Assembly: GCA_964635905.1 (NCBI GenBank)
Contig: CAZWPK010000001.1
Location: 437,096-501,095 of the forward strand
Direction: 5' to 3'
Length of the DNA: 64,000 nucleotides
Source: an uncultured Pseudomonadales bacterium
GTDB taxonomy: Bacteria > Patescibacteriota > Microgenomatia > UBA1400 > UBA12028
Positions 46,214 through 58,579 of the stretch are shown piece after piece. The first letter of the stretch is position 1; each line of letters starts with the position of its first letter. The notes below the pieces were generated by a model that had not been told where the DNA came from, searched no databases, and was given only the letters and a program-made list of their open reading frames with translations. The position numbers and the translations under genes were made by a program.

Positions 46214-46677
46214 TGGATTGATGCTACTCTATACATGATTTTTCCGGCTGGGGCATCCACTTCAATTTCCTCGCCTTCTTTTTTTCCCAATAGCGCTCTT
46301 CCAAGTGGAGAACTTTCGGAAATCTTCTTTTCGGCTGGATTTGCTTCCCACTCGCCGACAATCTGATACGTGTGTTTGGTTTTACCAATATGTACGGTGA
46401 CCGTAGACCCAACACCGACGGAAGATCGACCCTTTTTGGCTTTGATGACCTTGGCTTTGGAAAGTAATTGTTCAAGTTCGGCAATGCGACCTTCCATGAA
46501 GGCGAGATCTTCTCGAGCAGCATGGTATTCACTATTCTCCGAGAGATCACCGAATGATCGAGCAGTTGCAACACGATCAATAGCTACCTGAAGTTTATTG
46601 TCTTTAAAATCAGTTAACTCTGCAACTATTTCGTCGTATCCTTCTTGTGTGAGTATGACGTCATCCATGGCGTTCAT
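46210..46677 (-). CDS. greA: Transcription elongation factor GreA
   Basis: ARSFGDLSENSEYHAA, ISESSPLGRALLG; SD AAGGAGG. Confidence 0.97.
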   Translation of the reverse strand: MNAMDDVILTQEGYDEIVAELTDFKDNKLQVAIDRVATARSFGDLSENSEYHAAREDLAFMEGRIAELEQLLSKAKVIKAKKGRSSVGVGSTVTVHIGKTKHTYQIVGEWEANPAEKKISESSPLGRALLGKKEGEEIEVDAPAGKIMYRVASIQ

Positions 46678-46912
46678 ACGCCTCCTTTGTATAAAAATGA
46701 GGCGCCCTATGTTGTGCGCGCCTTTATCATCACATTTCAAGAAATTGTACAGAATCTACGGGCCTTGTCTAGGACACGAATATTAATATTACAGGTTGTT
46801 AATCCATTTGATCTTCCGTGTACCACTCAACGACATGCTCCATAAATCCTAGAGCGAAGTTCGCTCTATTGGGAGCATTTAGACTCTCCAGTAGCGGCAA
46901 AATGAGATTGAT

Positions 46913-47122
46913 CTACCTCGCATATAACGAATCCCGGTCTGATACAGTTCTATATTTGCCCAGGTTACGTGCGTCGCGCTCAACCAAATCGTATACTGGC
47001 TCCATGAGTTCAAGCGAAAGTAGCCAGGCACCCTGTCGTCCGTTTTCAGCTAAAAATGTCCATACTCGTTCTACATAGGACACTTGTTCTGGTTTAAATT
47101 CCTCTTCTATTGTTTTAGGCAT
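46913..47122 (-). CDS. Orphan hypothetical protein (69 aa) after atpC
   Basis: Starts 2 nt after the atpC stop. Confidence 0.55.
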   Translation of the reverse strand: MPKTIEEEFKPEQVSYVERVWTFLAENGRQGAWLLSLELMEPVYDLVERDARNLGKYRTVSDRDSLYAR

Positions 47123-47124
47123 AC

Positions 47125-47541
47125 TTACATCCCTGATCGTCGTTTCCGCACAACTTTAAGCTCTAGAATTGCTTTACGCAGTTCTCCTTCAGCAATCTGC
47201 ATTTCTGTCTTGGATAGCTTCTGGTTTTGCATGGATTCGTTGGCTTTTTTACGAGCTTCTTCAGCACGCGCTTCATTGATATCTTCACTGCGTACTGCAG
47301 AATCTGCTAACACAATCACTTTGTTGCCAGGTTCCACGTTCATAAAGCCCCCGGTAACTGCAAAAATATGTGCAGCACCTTTGATTTTATACGTCAGTTC
47401 TCCATCCGAGAGTTTGGTCATTAACGGAATGTGACTGGGAAGGATTGTGACTTCTCCAGTGGTCGTCATTGCAGTGACGGAATCAACTTCTTGATTAAGG
47501 AGTTCTTTTTCCTGGGTCACGATGGTGAGTTGAAGTGGCAT
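47125..47541 (-). CDS. atpC: ATP synthase epsilon subunit
   Basis: GEVTILPSHIPL, VTGGFM, VLADSA; start MPLQL. Confidence 0.93.
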   Translation of the reverse strand: MPLQLTIVTQEKELLNQEVDSVTAMTTTGEVTILPSHIPLMTKLSDGELTYKIKGAAHIFAVTGGFMNVEPGNKVIVLADSAVRSEDINEARAEEARKKANESMQNQKLSKTEMQIAEGELRKAILELKVVRKRRSGM

Positions 47542-47560
47542 ATCTTGTCTGTGATTATGA

Positions 47561-47869
47561 TTATAGCTTTGCGACAGGTTCAGTCGATAAGTTAATGATG
47601 AGTTGTGTGTTGTCGTCCGGGGCGACAATATTTTTAATGACGGTATGACACTCTTCACAGCGATACACAATTTGCTGCTTCCCCGACTTCATCTCCAGTC
47701 CAATCGGTTTCAAGTCCCCCCTACACAAATTGGCTCGATCTCCTGGCTCGTTATCCACGTGCAGGCCGGTCAGGCAGTACGGACAATGATCACGACTACT
47801 ACTTGGATGTGGCGCCACGGTCTTGCCACACTGCACACAGTCAAAACCGTCATTACGTTGTATGAACAC
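47561..47869 (-). CDS. RNHCP-domain Zn-binding protein
   Basis: FDCVQCG, RDHCPYCL..LHVD, PGDRANLC, CEEC. Confidence 0.85.
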   Translation of the reverse strand: MFIQRNDGFDCVQCGKTVAPHPSSSRDHCPYCLTGLHVDNEPGDRANLCRGDLKPIGLEMKSGKQQIVYRCEECHTVIKNIVAPDDNTQLIINLSTEPVAKL

Positions 47870-47870
47870 G

Positions 47871-48074
47871 TTAGTGTCTCCAATAGCTTACTTCCCGCAT
47901 ATCTATAATTTGATGTCTTGCAGATTTGCGATGATCATGATTACCAAAATATGCATCAACAAACACAGCATTTCTAGGATCATTTAGATTGACTAAAGTC
48001 GCGATAATTGCCTCCCAATTAACACTGTCTTGATGGGGGTTTGGATCTGGAAATGCGTAAAGTTTTGTTTCCAT
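47871..48074 (-). CDS. Orphan hypothetical protein (67 aa) after atpD
   Basis: Likely start METKLY; stop 1 nt before the RNHCP GTG. Confidence 0.6.
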   Translation of the reverse strand: METKLYAFPDPNPHQDSVNWEAIIATLVNLNDPRNAVFVDAYFGNHDHRKSARHQIIDMREVSYWRH

Positions 48075-48093
48075 ATCCACTTGTACTCTCCTT

Positions 48094-49810
<1,717 letters not shown>

Positions 49811-49817
49811 GTCTGAG

Positions 49818-50693
49818 TTATCCTACGGTTAAACTTGCTGTTGTAATATCCAATAATTCCGCAGTGATTCCTGCTTGTCTACTCTTATTATACTCGAGAC
49901 GTAAACTGGCAACGATATCTTTTGCATTGTCGGAGGCATTCTTCATTGCCACCATTCGTGCTGAATGCTCTGACGCTTTTGCTTCGAGCATAATCTGAAA
50001 GAAACCGTTCTCAATATAGTATGGAAGGAGAATATCCAAGATTTCTTTTGGACTCGGTTCAAAGACATATTCTTTTGCTTCCTCAGGATGTGCCTGGGTA
50101 TTCACCTGATCTTGAACTTCATGAGAGGCAATTGGGAGTAAGTGGTTGATCTCTGGCGACTGCTTGATCGTGGATTCAAACTGCATATGCATGGAACGAA
50201 CGGAAGAAAATTCTCCCTTAATAAAACCTTCCACAAAGATTTCTGCGATTGGCAACACGTCCGAGAGTGAAATCCGATCCGGAAGCCCAGTAAACTCCGC
50301 CACTAGTGGTAATCCAATTTTTAAGGCAAATTCTTTGGCACGTTTCCCTACCGTCACGGTTTTGGGATTCTGCATTGTTTTAATTTCAGCTGCAACAGCA
50401 CGAAATAGGTTAGCATTTAAACTTCCGGCCAGACCCCGATCTGTTGCAACAATGACAATCAGTTCAGCTGCTGCTGGATTTGCTTTGGAGAGTAACGGAT
50501 GAAAGGAAGAATCGGTGTGAGAGCCGATCGTTTTGAGCATTTCTAACAGCTTATGGGTATAGGGTCGTGACGCTAACGCTTGTTCTTGCGAACGGCGCAT
50601 CTTACTGGCTGCCACCATCTCCATCGCCTTGGTAATCTTTGCGATGTTGGTTGCGGACTTGATGCGTGATTTGATGAGTCGTGCTTGAGCCAT
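49818..50693 (-). CDS. atpG: ATP synthase gamma subunit
   Basis: KITKAMEMVAASK, DRGLAG, ASEHSARMVAMKNASDNA, RQAGITAE. Confidence 0.97.
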   Translation of the reverse strand: MAQARLIKSRIKSATNIAKITKAMEMVAASKMRRSQEQALASRPYTHKLLEMLKTIGSHTDSSFHPLLSKANPAAAELIVIVATDRGLAGSLNANLFRAVAAEIKTMQNPKTVTVGKRAKEFALKIGLPLVAEFTGLPDRISLSDVLPIAEIFVEGFIKGEFSSVRSMHMQFESTIKQSPEINHLLPIASHEVQDQVNTQAHPEEAKEYVFEPSPKEILDILLPYYIENGFFQIMLEAKASEHSARMVAMKNASDNAKDIVASLRLEYNKSRQAGITAELLDITTASLTVG

Positions 50694-50714
50694 GAATGCA
50701 TTCTTTCAGAGCTG

Positions 50715-51044
50715 TTATTCTCTAGGGATGTGTCTTTCAATTAATTCGTTAAGAACCTGTCTGTCCGTTTCCAATACTCTTTGAAGATACAGATAAAAAG
50801 ATTCAGGAACTAATTTGTCTTTGATGGCTTCATCGATGTCCTTCTCTAACGTTTCTGGAAGCTTCTTCTTCTCATAGCCCGGAGGATATTTTTTTCCCCT
50901 TGCATATTGTTCTTCAGCTCTGCTTATTTCCACTATCACAAACTGTAAACTACTTAAAAAAGCATTGCATGCGTTCACTTGATCTTGTGAAAGCACCCCT
51001 TCTGCAATCAATGCATGTGCTCTATCAAAGTCAATCGTTGTCAT
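50715..51044 (-). CDS. Orphan hypothetical protein (109 aa) between atpA and atpG
   Basis: ATG 3 nt after the atpA stop. Confidence 0.65.
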   Translation of the reverse strand: MTTIDFDRAHALIAEGVLSQDQVNACNAFLSSLQFVIVEISRAEEQYARGKKYPPGYEKKKLPETLEKDIDEAIKDKLVPESFYLYLQRVLETDRQVLNELIERHIPRE

Positions 51045-51047
51045 AGA

Positions 51048-52547
51048 TTATTCACTCATCACTAGATCAGAATGAACTGTATTGAACTTCTCAATCAAGC
51101 CCTTTAGATCCTGTTCGAGTGCCTCCGTTAACTTCATTTCTTTATGAACCAATTGATAAAAGGTCTTTCCTTCTACATGCATGTAATCAAGAAAAGCTTG
51201 TTCCCATTTGACCACATCTTCACGCTTGACCATATCTAAGTACCCTCGGGTTCCAGCGTAGATGACAGCAATCTGTTCGGCCACATCTAAGGGGCGATCC
51301 CATCCTTGTTTGAGGAGTTCGGTTAATCGCTGCCCTCGATCAATGGTTGCTTTGGTTTTTGCGTCCAAATCTGAAGAGAATTGCGCAAAGGCTTCTAAAT
51401 CGCGATACTGGGCTAAGTCTAATTTCATGGTTCCAGCGACTTGTTTCATTGCCTTCATCTGTGCACTTCCACCGACACGAGACACAGAGTTTCCAACGTT
51501 AATGGCTGGCTTGACACCGGCATTGAATAATCCTGTTTCCAAAAAGATCTGACCATCGGTAATGGAAATGACGTTGGTTGGAATATAGGCAGAGATATCG
51601 TTGGCTTGGGTTTCAATAATTGGCAGTGCGGTAATTGACCCTCCACCGTTTTCTTCATTTAATCGACAGGATCTTTCGAGTAAACGAGAGTGCAGATAGA
51701 AAACATCTCCGGGGTAAGCTTCACGACCTGAGGGACGACGAAGTAATAAAGAAACTTCACGATAGGCAACTGCTTGCTTGGAAAGGTCATCGTAAACGAT
51801 CAACACGTCTTTTCCTTTATTCATGAAGAATTCTGCAATAGAAGTTCCAGTGTATGGTGCCAAGAATTGGGTGGCTGCCGAATCTGATGCACTGGCAGAG
51901 ACGATAATGGTATAGTCCATCGCTCCCATACTTTCCAAATACGATGTGGTTTGGGCAAGGAAGGCATTCTTTTGGCCGATGGCAACGTAGACACAAATAA
52001 CCCCATTCCCCTTTTGGTTCATGATCGTGGTCAATGCAACCGCCGACTTGCCAGTTCCACGATCTCCGATGATGAGCTCGCGCTGTCCCCGACCGATTGG
52101 AATCATGGCATCAATTGCTTTAATCCCAGTCTGAAGAGGCACTGTCACGGATTTTCGATCAATCACACCTGGAGCAATCTTTTCAAGAGGTTGATAGGAA
52201 TCGATGGCAAAGTCGGGTTTTCCATCAATGGCAAACCCTAATCCATCGACAACACGACCAATGATTTGGTCAGAGACTCCTACGGATAAGATACGCCCAG
52301 TTGTTTTTACATCTTGTCCGGCAGCAAGACCTTCCATGTCGGAGAGAACGATGATCCCAACGGTTTTTTGTCCGAGGTTTAAGGTGAGCCCCTGTTTTCC
52401 ATTTTCAAATTCAACAACTTCTCCCATCATGACATCATCAATCCCAGTCACTTGGACAATTCCATCCCCTAAGGCAGTAATCGTACCGACGCTTTCAGCA
52501 CGAGTAGAAAATGAAATGGTGTGTAGTTTGTCGATGAGTGATGTCAT
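51048..52547 (-). CDS. atpA: ATP synthase alpha subunit
   Basis: [37 protein letters not shown]. Confidence 0.98.
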   Translation of the reverse strand: MTSLIDKLHTISFSTRAESVGTITALGDGIVQVTGIDDVMMGEVVEFENGKQGLTLNLGQKTVGIIVLSDMEGLAAGQDVKTTGRILSVGVSDQIIGRVVDGLGFAIDGKPDFAIDSYQPLEKIAPGVIDRKSVTVPLQTGIKAIDAMIPIGRGQRELIIGDRGTGKSAVALTTIMNQKGNGVICVYVAIGQKNAFLAQTTSYLESMGAMDYTIIVSASASDSAATQFLAPYTGTSIAEFFMNKGKDVLIVYDDLSKQAVAYREVSLLLRRPSGREAYPGDVFYLHSRLLERSCRLNEENGGGSITALPIIETQANDISAYIPTNVISITDGQIFLETGLFNAGVKPAINVGNSVSRVGGSAQMKAMKQVAGTMKLDLAQYRDLEAFAQFSSDLDAKTKATIDRGQRLTELLKQGWDRPLDVAEQIAVIYAGTRGYLDMVKREDVVKWEQAFLDYMHVEGKTFYQLVHKEMKLTEALEQDLKGLIEKFNTVHSDLVMSE

Positions 52548-52870
52548 AGTCTTTTATCATTTTTAGAGAGTATTTCCTTAACTCCTGCGTTAAGCGCCGT
52601 CTTAAATTCCGGTGATTTTGGATCTAGTTTTGCTGATAGCAGCTTCTGAGTGAGTAGCATCACATCGAGTACTTCGTTTTCGTCGAATACTAGTTGCCCC
52701 TCCCCGAGTTGTCTATTAAGTACATCAAGCATCGAGATCGTAAAATTGATAACATTACCTTCGTCTAATACAAAAGTCTGATTAACGTGATCGAATTGCT
52801 GAAGGGCTATTAAACCTTGTGTCAGTTCTGCAATCGTATATGCTTGAGATGCTTCCCTTTTTGAGATCAT
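52544..52870 (-). CDS. Orphan hypothetical protein (108 aa) between atpH and atpA
   Basis: ATGA overlap with atpA. Confidence 0.65.
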   Translation of the reverse strand: MISKREASQAYTIAELTQGLIALQQFDHVNQTFVLDEGNVINFTISMLDVLNRQLGEGQLVFDENEVLDVMLLTQKLLSAKLDPKSPEFKTALNAGVKEILSKNDKRL

Positions 52871-52880
52871 ACGAAACCAA

Positions 52881-53090
52881 TTAAGCTACGGACTGTTCAA
52901 TTGTCGACAATCGTCCTTTCAGAGAAACATCAATACGCTTACTCCCTAGGTAGACACGAAGTCCGCCTAAGATAAGGGAATCTACCGCATACTCGATGTC
53001 ACCTGCTAGTTTATGTTTGGCAAGGACCGCTTCCACGTCTTTGCGTGTTGCAGCGTCTAATTCGATCGCCGATTCAACTTTGATAGTCAT
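52881..53090 (-). CDS. atpH: ATP synthase delta subunit, C-terminal domain only
   Basis: VESAIEL...VDSLILGGLRV..G.KRIDVSLKGRL; 69 aa. Confidence 0.88.
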   Translation of the reverse strand: MTIKVESAIELDAATRKDVEAVLAKHKLAGDIEYAVDSLILGGLRVYLGSKRIDVSLKGRLSTIEQSVA

Positions 53091-53095
53091 AGAAT

Positions 53096-53593
53096 TTATA
53101 GTGATCCTAATGCTTTGTCTAATTCCTTGATGGATTGCGCAATGACAGCCTTGTGTGACTTAGTATCCTTAATTTCGTTTCCAATGACTTTAGAGGCCAC
53201 AGCCAAAGAAATCTTGGTTACTCTGTCTTCCATCTTGGTGAGTGAGGATTTCACTTCATTCTCAACTTTTTGAATCTCTTTTGCGCGGTATGCTGCGACT
53301 TCTTCTTTGGCTTCTTTAGTGAGTTTTGTCTTGAGGGATTTTACTTCCTCTCGAGTAGATTCCACAATTTTGGCAGCATCCTTTTCAGCTTGCGTTTTAG
53401 TTTTCTTCTTCATGCCTTCGAGTTCGTCTTTTTCTTTCATGGCATCCGCAGCAAATCGCTCTGCGTCTTCGGTTTTCTTTCGACGCTCATCGATTGCCTT
53501 GAGCATGGGTTTATAGAGTAGGAATGTTAAAGCTCCAAAGACAACACCAAAGTTGATGATCTGTGAAATGATTTGTAGTACGTTTATATCCAT
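53096..53593 (-). CDS. atpF: ATP synthase F0 subunit b
   Basis: QIINF...LLYKPMLKAIDERR plus coiled coil. Confidence 0.92.
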   Translation of the reverse strand: MDINVLQIISQIINFGVVFGALTFLLYKPMLKAIDERRKKTEDAERFAADAMKEKDELEGMKKKTKTQAEKDAAKIVESTREEVKSLKTKLTKEAKEEVAAYRAKEIQKVENEVKSSLTKMEDRVTKISLAVASKVIGNEIKDTKSHKAVIAQSIKELDKALGSL

Positions 53594-53647
53594 AGTCTCT
53601 ATTCTTTTATTCTCCCTCCGTTCTGGAGTGAGTAAAAAGTCCTCCTC

Positions 53648-53887
53648 TTAAACGAATTTTAAGATTAAGGCGACGACCAAGGCGTAGATAGCAATTGCTT
53701 CCGCGAATGCCATACCCAAGATCATGTTCGTCTGAATTTTACTTGCAGCTTCTGGGTTACGCCCAATCGCGGACAGCCCTGATGAGGCAACCATTCCGAT
53801 AGCGATAGCAGGACCAATAGCACCCACTCCGATGGTGATTGCAATAGCAATTTGCTGTGCAGCTTCTGGACTCATAATTCCTTTCAT
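53648..53887 (-). CDS. atpE: ATP synthase F0 subunit c
   Basis: GRNPEA, AFAEAIAIY; start may be the second Met. Confidence 0.95.
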   Translation of the reverse strand: MKGIMSPEAAQQIAIAITIGVGAIGPAIAIGMVASSGLSAIGRNPEAASKIQTNMILGMAFAEAIAIYALVVALILKFV

Positions 53888-53926
53888 GCCCTACTGTTAG
53901 ATGGGCAGATCAACTATAGTACATGT

Positions 53927-54838
53927 CTAATGTTCTTCTTCTCCATGACCAATCGTAGCCAAGTTGAAAAAGACAAGAGAGAGCATCGCGAATACGACAC
54001 CTTGAATCATTCCTACAAACAATTCCAATCCATAAAATGGCATAGGAACGATAATAGGAACAAGGAACATCATCACCGCCAGGAGAACCTCCCCCGCAAA
54101 GATGTTTCCAAACAAACGGAATGAAAAGGACATGATCTTTGCTAGTTCGAGAATGAGTTCCAAAATCCCCACAAATGCTTTGATGGGACTACTAAAGTCG
54201 AAGTATTTTTTCAAGTAGTGTCCTCCCAAGACCTTCAAGCCAAAATATTGCGTGGACGCTACGGAAATGGCCGCCAGAGCAATGGTGGTGTTTAAGTCTG
54301 CGGTTCCCGCGCGAAACACAGGGATGACCTTTGCTGTGGCATGTTCTGACTCACTACCCTCAGAGGACTCTGGATGTTCTTCTGAACTTTCTTGAGCTAT
54401 CTCTTGGGAAGTGACGGCATCGTCCTCATGCGTATCTGAAGTACCTGCAACCGCAACATAGGTGGATGGAGCGATTACAGCTTGCTCTTCAGATTCTTTA
54501 CCTTCTTTAATGCCAATAGGACCTACTCCTGGGAGTAATCCCGCCCAATTGTTGAGTGCAATCCAGAGGAAAAAGGTCAGTACTAAAGGAAGGAACATTG
54601 TTGCTTTTGCTCGACTACCAGTCATCTCTGCCGCAAAGTTGTAGACCCCATCAACAAGCATCTCAAAGAGCGTATATAATCGTGATTTCTTCTTGGAGTT
54701 GGCTGAAGAATGTGCTATCAAGGCAAGAGCAATGATAAACAGCGATACAATCCAACTCGTTAGCATCGAGTTGGAAATGGAAAGTGGACCGACTTGGGCC
54801 AATGTTTCCGCTGAGATCGAGATGTGAAGGTTAGACAT
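53927..54838 (-). CDS. atpB: ATP synthase F0 subunit a, with acidic loop insertion
   Basis: TADLNTT, SFSFRLFGNIFAGE, LELFVGMIQ. Confidence 0.95.
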   Translation of the reverse strand: MSNLHISISAETLAQVGPLSISNSMLTSWIVSLFIIALALIAHSSANSKKKSRLYTLFEMLVDGVYNFAAEMTGSRAKATMFLPLVLTFFLWIALNNWAGLLPGVGPIGIKEGKESEEQAVIAPSTYVAVAGTSDTHEDDAVTSQEIAQESSEEHPESSEGSESEHATAKVIPVFRAGTADLNTTIALAAISVASTQYFGLKVLGGHYLKKYFDFSSPIKAFVGILELILELAKIMSFSFRLFGNIFAGEVLLAVMMFLVPIIVPMPFYGLELFVGMIQGVVFAMLSLVFFNLATIGHGEEEH

Positions 54839-55022
54839 AGTCTAGTAATTCTATTGGCAATTACAAATAGCACGTACGAAACATCACTATTATACCCCAC
54901 CACTCAAGGGGAGCAAGACATTGAAGCAAGCGAATTTCTCATGTTATACTACACAACAACCCTGATCAGGGGTTGTTTTTCTTTTTGGTTATCCGCGTCA
55001 ACTCGACTAAAAGTAAAGATGC

Positions 55023-55094
55023 GGGCCCGTAGCTCAGTGGTAGAGCAGGAGCCTTTTAAGCTCTGTGTCGTGAGTTCGATCCTCACCGGGCTCA
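55023..55094 (+). tRNA. tRNA-Lys(TTT)
   Basis: Cloverleaf; anticodon arm GGAGC-CTTTTAA-GCTCT; GTTCGA. Confidence 0.95.
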
Positions 55095-55132
55095 CAGACA
55101 TACTATGTATAGTGTGAGAGAATTTCTAGGTT

Positions 55133-55205
55133 GGCCCCATCGTCTAGAGGCCTAGGACACCTGGTTTTCATCCAGGCAACCCGAGTTCGAATCTCGGTGG
55201 GGTCA
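55133..55205 (+). tRNA. tRNA-Glu(TTC)
   Basis: Anticodon arm CCTGG-TTTTCAT-CCAGG; GTTCGAAT. Confidence 0.95.
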
Positions 55206-55382
55206 CAAATATCGTAAGGTTCAGCGCGACCCGTTCGCCTGCGCAAAAAAGCCCGATAAGGCTTGCTAATTTTTGACCGAATTGTTCGAAATCGAGTTTT
55301 AGATCCTGTAATAGGTGAATTTACCCCAATGGGACACTCCCTTTTAAAACCACGAGAAGAACACCTACCCCTGTAGATGTCG

Positions 55383-56723
55383 CTATTTCTGAATAACTAT
55401 CGTTTTATTTGTCAGAATAAACTTCGTTTTGATGAAAGTGAGTGCTTCTTGTCTCTCTTCGGCCGTACCAATCTGAAGGATGTGAAGTAGATAGTTTTTG
55501 GTCATCTCGTTCTTGTCAGCAGAGGTTTTGGGGATTCTTTCAAATTCACCCAAATGGCCATCAATATATTCCTGATGTAAAACTTGTGACTTTAGTCGGT
55601 GATATCTCTCGATATCTTCTTGGATTTTTCGAGATACTCCGGCGTTGTTAAATTTGATTTTGTCAATGTTGGCGATTAGTTGTTTAACCAGATCTGTTTC
55701 GGTAATGTATGGTTCATCGCATTCATAATTTAATGATCTACCACAGTGATAGTAAGTGTGTTTGGTATATCCACCATGTTTTAGTTTCCTAATTTTTTCT
55801 TCGGCTGTGACACCTCCTCCACACCCACCACAACGGAAGATGCTTTTGAATGGGAATATTTTGTTTTTGTAGCCTTTGGGAACTGTTTGTAAAATTGACT
55901 GGACTTTATCGAAGAGATCCTTGGTAATGAGTGGGGTATGTTTCCCCTGATACCAAGTACCACTTCCGACTGGGAATTCAAACTCTCCAAAGTAGAAGGG
56001 GTTATTGAGCGTGGAATACACCTTACTTAACGGCATTGGTTTGTCGTTTCTAGTTTTGAAGCCGATTCGATCTAGGCAGTGTTTTATGGCTCTACCGCTA
56101 TGACCTTGATTTGCCACTCTTTCAAACATTTGAGTGACAAATGAAGCTCGATCGGGGTCTAGGATGATTAGTTCATCCTTATGACCATCACCCGCTTGAT
56201 TTAAATATCCTACAGGAGCGATGCTTGGCCTCCATCCCATTGAGCATTTCGTCCGTAAACCTCGCTGGACATTAAGTCCTTTGTTATCGTTCTCTAGCTT
56301 TGCCTGCGAGCAAAGAATCATGAGTAGGAACTTCTCGTTTGGGCTATTTGTAAAACTTTGAGAGTAAGTTTGTATCTTTATCAACTTACCTTGATCCATG
56401 AGATCAACTACTGATCCTAAGTCACCGGCATTGCGACTCAAACGATCGGGAGCCCAAGTTAAGATTCCATTAAATTTCTTTTGACGTATTTCTTGAAGAA
56501 GTTGAGTAAATACTGGCCGAGACCCAGACATTTTTGCTGAATGACTTTCCTTTTTAACTTCTTTTATCTTGAGATTGTCACGCTTCGCCAATGTAAGCAT
56601 TTCGTCAATCTGTGAATCAATCGACATTGCTTGCCGTTCATCAGATTCGGATGACTTACGGGCATAGAGACAATATTCTATTTTTGGTGGTTCTATCGGC
56701 TGATTTTGATTGTATGTTCCCAT
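55383..56723 (-). CDS. Large serine recombinase (resolvase, recombinase and Zn-ribbon domains)
   Basis: YCLYARKSSE..RQ..SI..Q, DRLSRN, APVGY, NPFYFG, CGGCG..YYHC. Confidence 0.93.
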   Translation of the reverse strand: MGTYNQNQPIEPPKIEYCLYARKSSESDERQAMSIDSQIDEMLTLAKRDNLKIKEVKKESHSAKMSGSRPVFTQLLQEIRQKKFNGILTWAPDRLSRNAGDLGSVVDLMDQGKLIKIQTYSQSFTNSPNEKFLLMILCSQAKLENDNKGLNVQRGLRTKCSMGWRPSIAPVGYLNQAGDGHKDELIILDPDRASFVTQMFERVANQGHSGRAIKHCLDRIGFKTRNDKPMPLSKVYSTLNNPFYFGEFEFPVGSGTWYQGKHTPLITKDLFDKVQSILQTVPKGYKNKIFPFKSIFRCGGCGGGVTAEEKIRKLKHGGYTKHTYYHCGRSLNYECDEPYITETDLVKQLIANIDKIKFNNAGVSRKIQEDIERYHRLKSQVLHQEYIDGHLGEFERIPKTSADKNEMTKNYLLHILQIGTAEERQEALTFIKTKFILTNKTIVIQK

Positions 56724-56824
56724 TTCAGGGTACAAGGTACCGCTGGGTCTCGAGGAAGTCTAGTCGGAGAATAAATTACTGCTTTTTGTTGTTCTATCCT
56801 AGAATTTCCAATACAATTTAAGCT

Positions 56825-57607
56825 ATGATTATAGTTAAGGTATTAATTGCCTTGCTTTTGTTTATGACCAACTTTAACCAAGTACGTGCATCGGAGAGTT
56901 CAGGAAAAAGAATATTGTTTATACACCACTCTACTGGTGGAAATTTAATTAAAGAAGGCAATTTAAGAGCAGAAATTAAAAAGCTAGATCCAAATATCCA
57001 GTTTTGGGATCACAATTACAATCTTTTTCCAGTTTTTACTTCGTTACTAGCTAAATTTACTCATTTAAAAGGGTTGTCCAACGCCGAAGGTCAAATTACA
57101 GGTAAAGATTACAATATTGTTCTGAGCAACAATAGTCCAAAAGAATATGCCGAGATTTTTTCCAGAGGTCCCAATGATCCAACTCTAAAAGCCATACTGA
57201 GTTATGACGTAATCGCTTTCAAAAATTGCTACCCAACAACACGAATTACCTCAGATCAACAACTCGAAGATGACAAGAAATATTATCTGGTTATTAGGGA
57301 TAATCTTAAAAAATATCCAGAAAAACAATTTATTCTATTAACACCACCTCCAGCTAGAATAGAAACAACGAATATTGACAATGCTGACCGAGCCAAAGAG
57401 TTAGTCAAATGGCTAAATTCGGAGGAGTTTATAAAAGGAACTAAAAATATACATATTTTTGATTTTTACGATCTACTTGCCGATGAGCAGGGAATGTTGA
57501 AGAAAGATTATCAAAGACTTTTACCCTGGGATTCTCATCCCAACTTAAAAGCTAATTTGACCGCTGCCCCTATTTTCGCAGAATATTTAGTGAAGTTATC
57601 AAAATAG
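56825..57607 (+). CDS. Secreted SGNH/GDSL-like protein
   Basis: Signal peptide, ILFIHHSTG, FKNCYP, DSHPN. Confidence 0.65.
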   Translation: MIIVKVLIALLLFMTNFNQVRASESSGKRILFIHHSTGGNLIKEGNLRAEIKKLDPNIQFWDHNYNLFPVFTSLLAKFTHLKGLSNAEGQITGKDYNIVLSNNSPKEYAEIFSRGPNDPTLKAILSYDVIAFKNCYPTTRITSDQQLEDDKKYYLVIRDNLKKYPEKQFILLTPPPARIETTNIDNADRAKELVKWLNSEEFIKGTKNIHIFDFYDLLADEQGMLKKDYQRLLPWDSHPNLKANLTAAPIFAEYLVKLSK

Positions 57608-57610
57608 TTA

Positions 57611-58579
57611 CTATATCCTGATTTGTTTTTCCAGCCAAGGGATATTTTCGTTTTGTCTTTTCCACCACAAATCTTCCCAGATATAGTGCACAGCAAGTTG
57701 TTTATATTCTCCAAATCTTTCAAAGTGTTTAAGAATTTTGTCTACTGGCACAGGGTTTTCTGGGTCAACATCGAAAAATACTTTGGAGTAGATTTTTTGT
57801 TCCCAAGGGGAAACGTGATTAAAGAAATCCCAATGGTGAAATACATCAAAAAGCAAATACCAGACTGTTGCTGGCCCAACACCATAAAGTTTTAGCAATT
57901 CGTTCATCTGAGTTTCCCTGTCCTTTTTTCTTAGCTCCATTTCATCCATTAAACCTTGAGTAAAATACTCATCGATTTTCTTTATAGATTTGGCTCTATA
58001 CCCAAGTTTTAATGCTCTCAATTCGTCCTCGGTTATATTTTGCAATCTACCAGGCTTGAAGAAACACCAAAGTTTTTTACCATCAAATTCTAGTTCAGTT
58101 CCATAATTTTCAAGGAGAGCCTTGAACATTTGTACACTTCTTCTGACAGTTGCATTTTGTAGGACAATTCCAATGAGTAGATATTCATATAAAGAGCTCG
58201 GGTGACCTGGTTTCATTCCTTGCCACTTTTTTATGATAGGCCCAAGGACTTTGTCATTTCCAAATTCTTTATAAAACGATGCCAAATCTAATTCTAGGTT
58301 GTATCTGTATCTGATTTCATCGATCAAACTATCAACAAATTCTTTATCAAGTTTTTCCTCTGAATAAATACCTATTTCAATACTTGGATTTAGTGTAGAT
58401 CCAGTATTTTTAAATCGAATACCTAAACACTTTTCTTTCCATGTCCAAGTTTGCCAGCGTGTTCCAACTTCCCATAGATTATCGCCAGATGTAAAGTGAT
58501 CTGGTTTATGAAAAGTAGCATCAAAATTAAATGGTGCTAGTGGCGACAATTCTTTGACAACTTTATAGCTTAGTTTCAT
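57611..58579 (-). CDS. HhH-GPD DNA glycosylase (AlkA/Ogg-like)
   Basis: LKLGYRAK, LLKLYGVGPAT; start probably MKLSY (ATGA overlap). Confidence 0.82.
   Translation of the reverse strand: MKLSYKVVKELSPLAPFNFDATFHKPDHFTSGDNLWEVGTRWQTWTWKEKCLGIRFKNTGSTLNPSIEIGIYSEEKLDKEFVDSLIDEIRYRYNLELDLASFYKEFGNDKVLGPIIKKWQGMKPGHPSSLYEYLLIGIVLQNATVRRSVQMFKALLENYGTELEFDGKKLWCFFKPGRLQNITEDELRALKLGYRAKSIKKIDEYFTQGLMDEMELRKKDRETQMNELLKLYGVGPATVWYLLFDVFHHWDFFNHVSPWEQKIYSKVFFDVDPENPVPVDKILKHFERFGEYKQLAVHYIWEDLWWKRQNENIPWLEKQIRI

Noticed and set aside
55206-55382. att duplication of the tRNA-Glu 3' end
   Set aside because: No second copy seen in the window; the other end of the element is outside it
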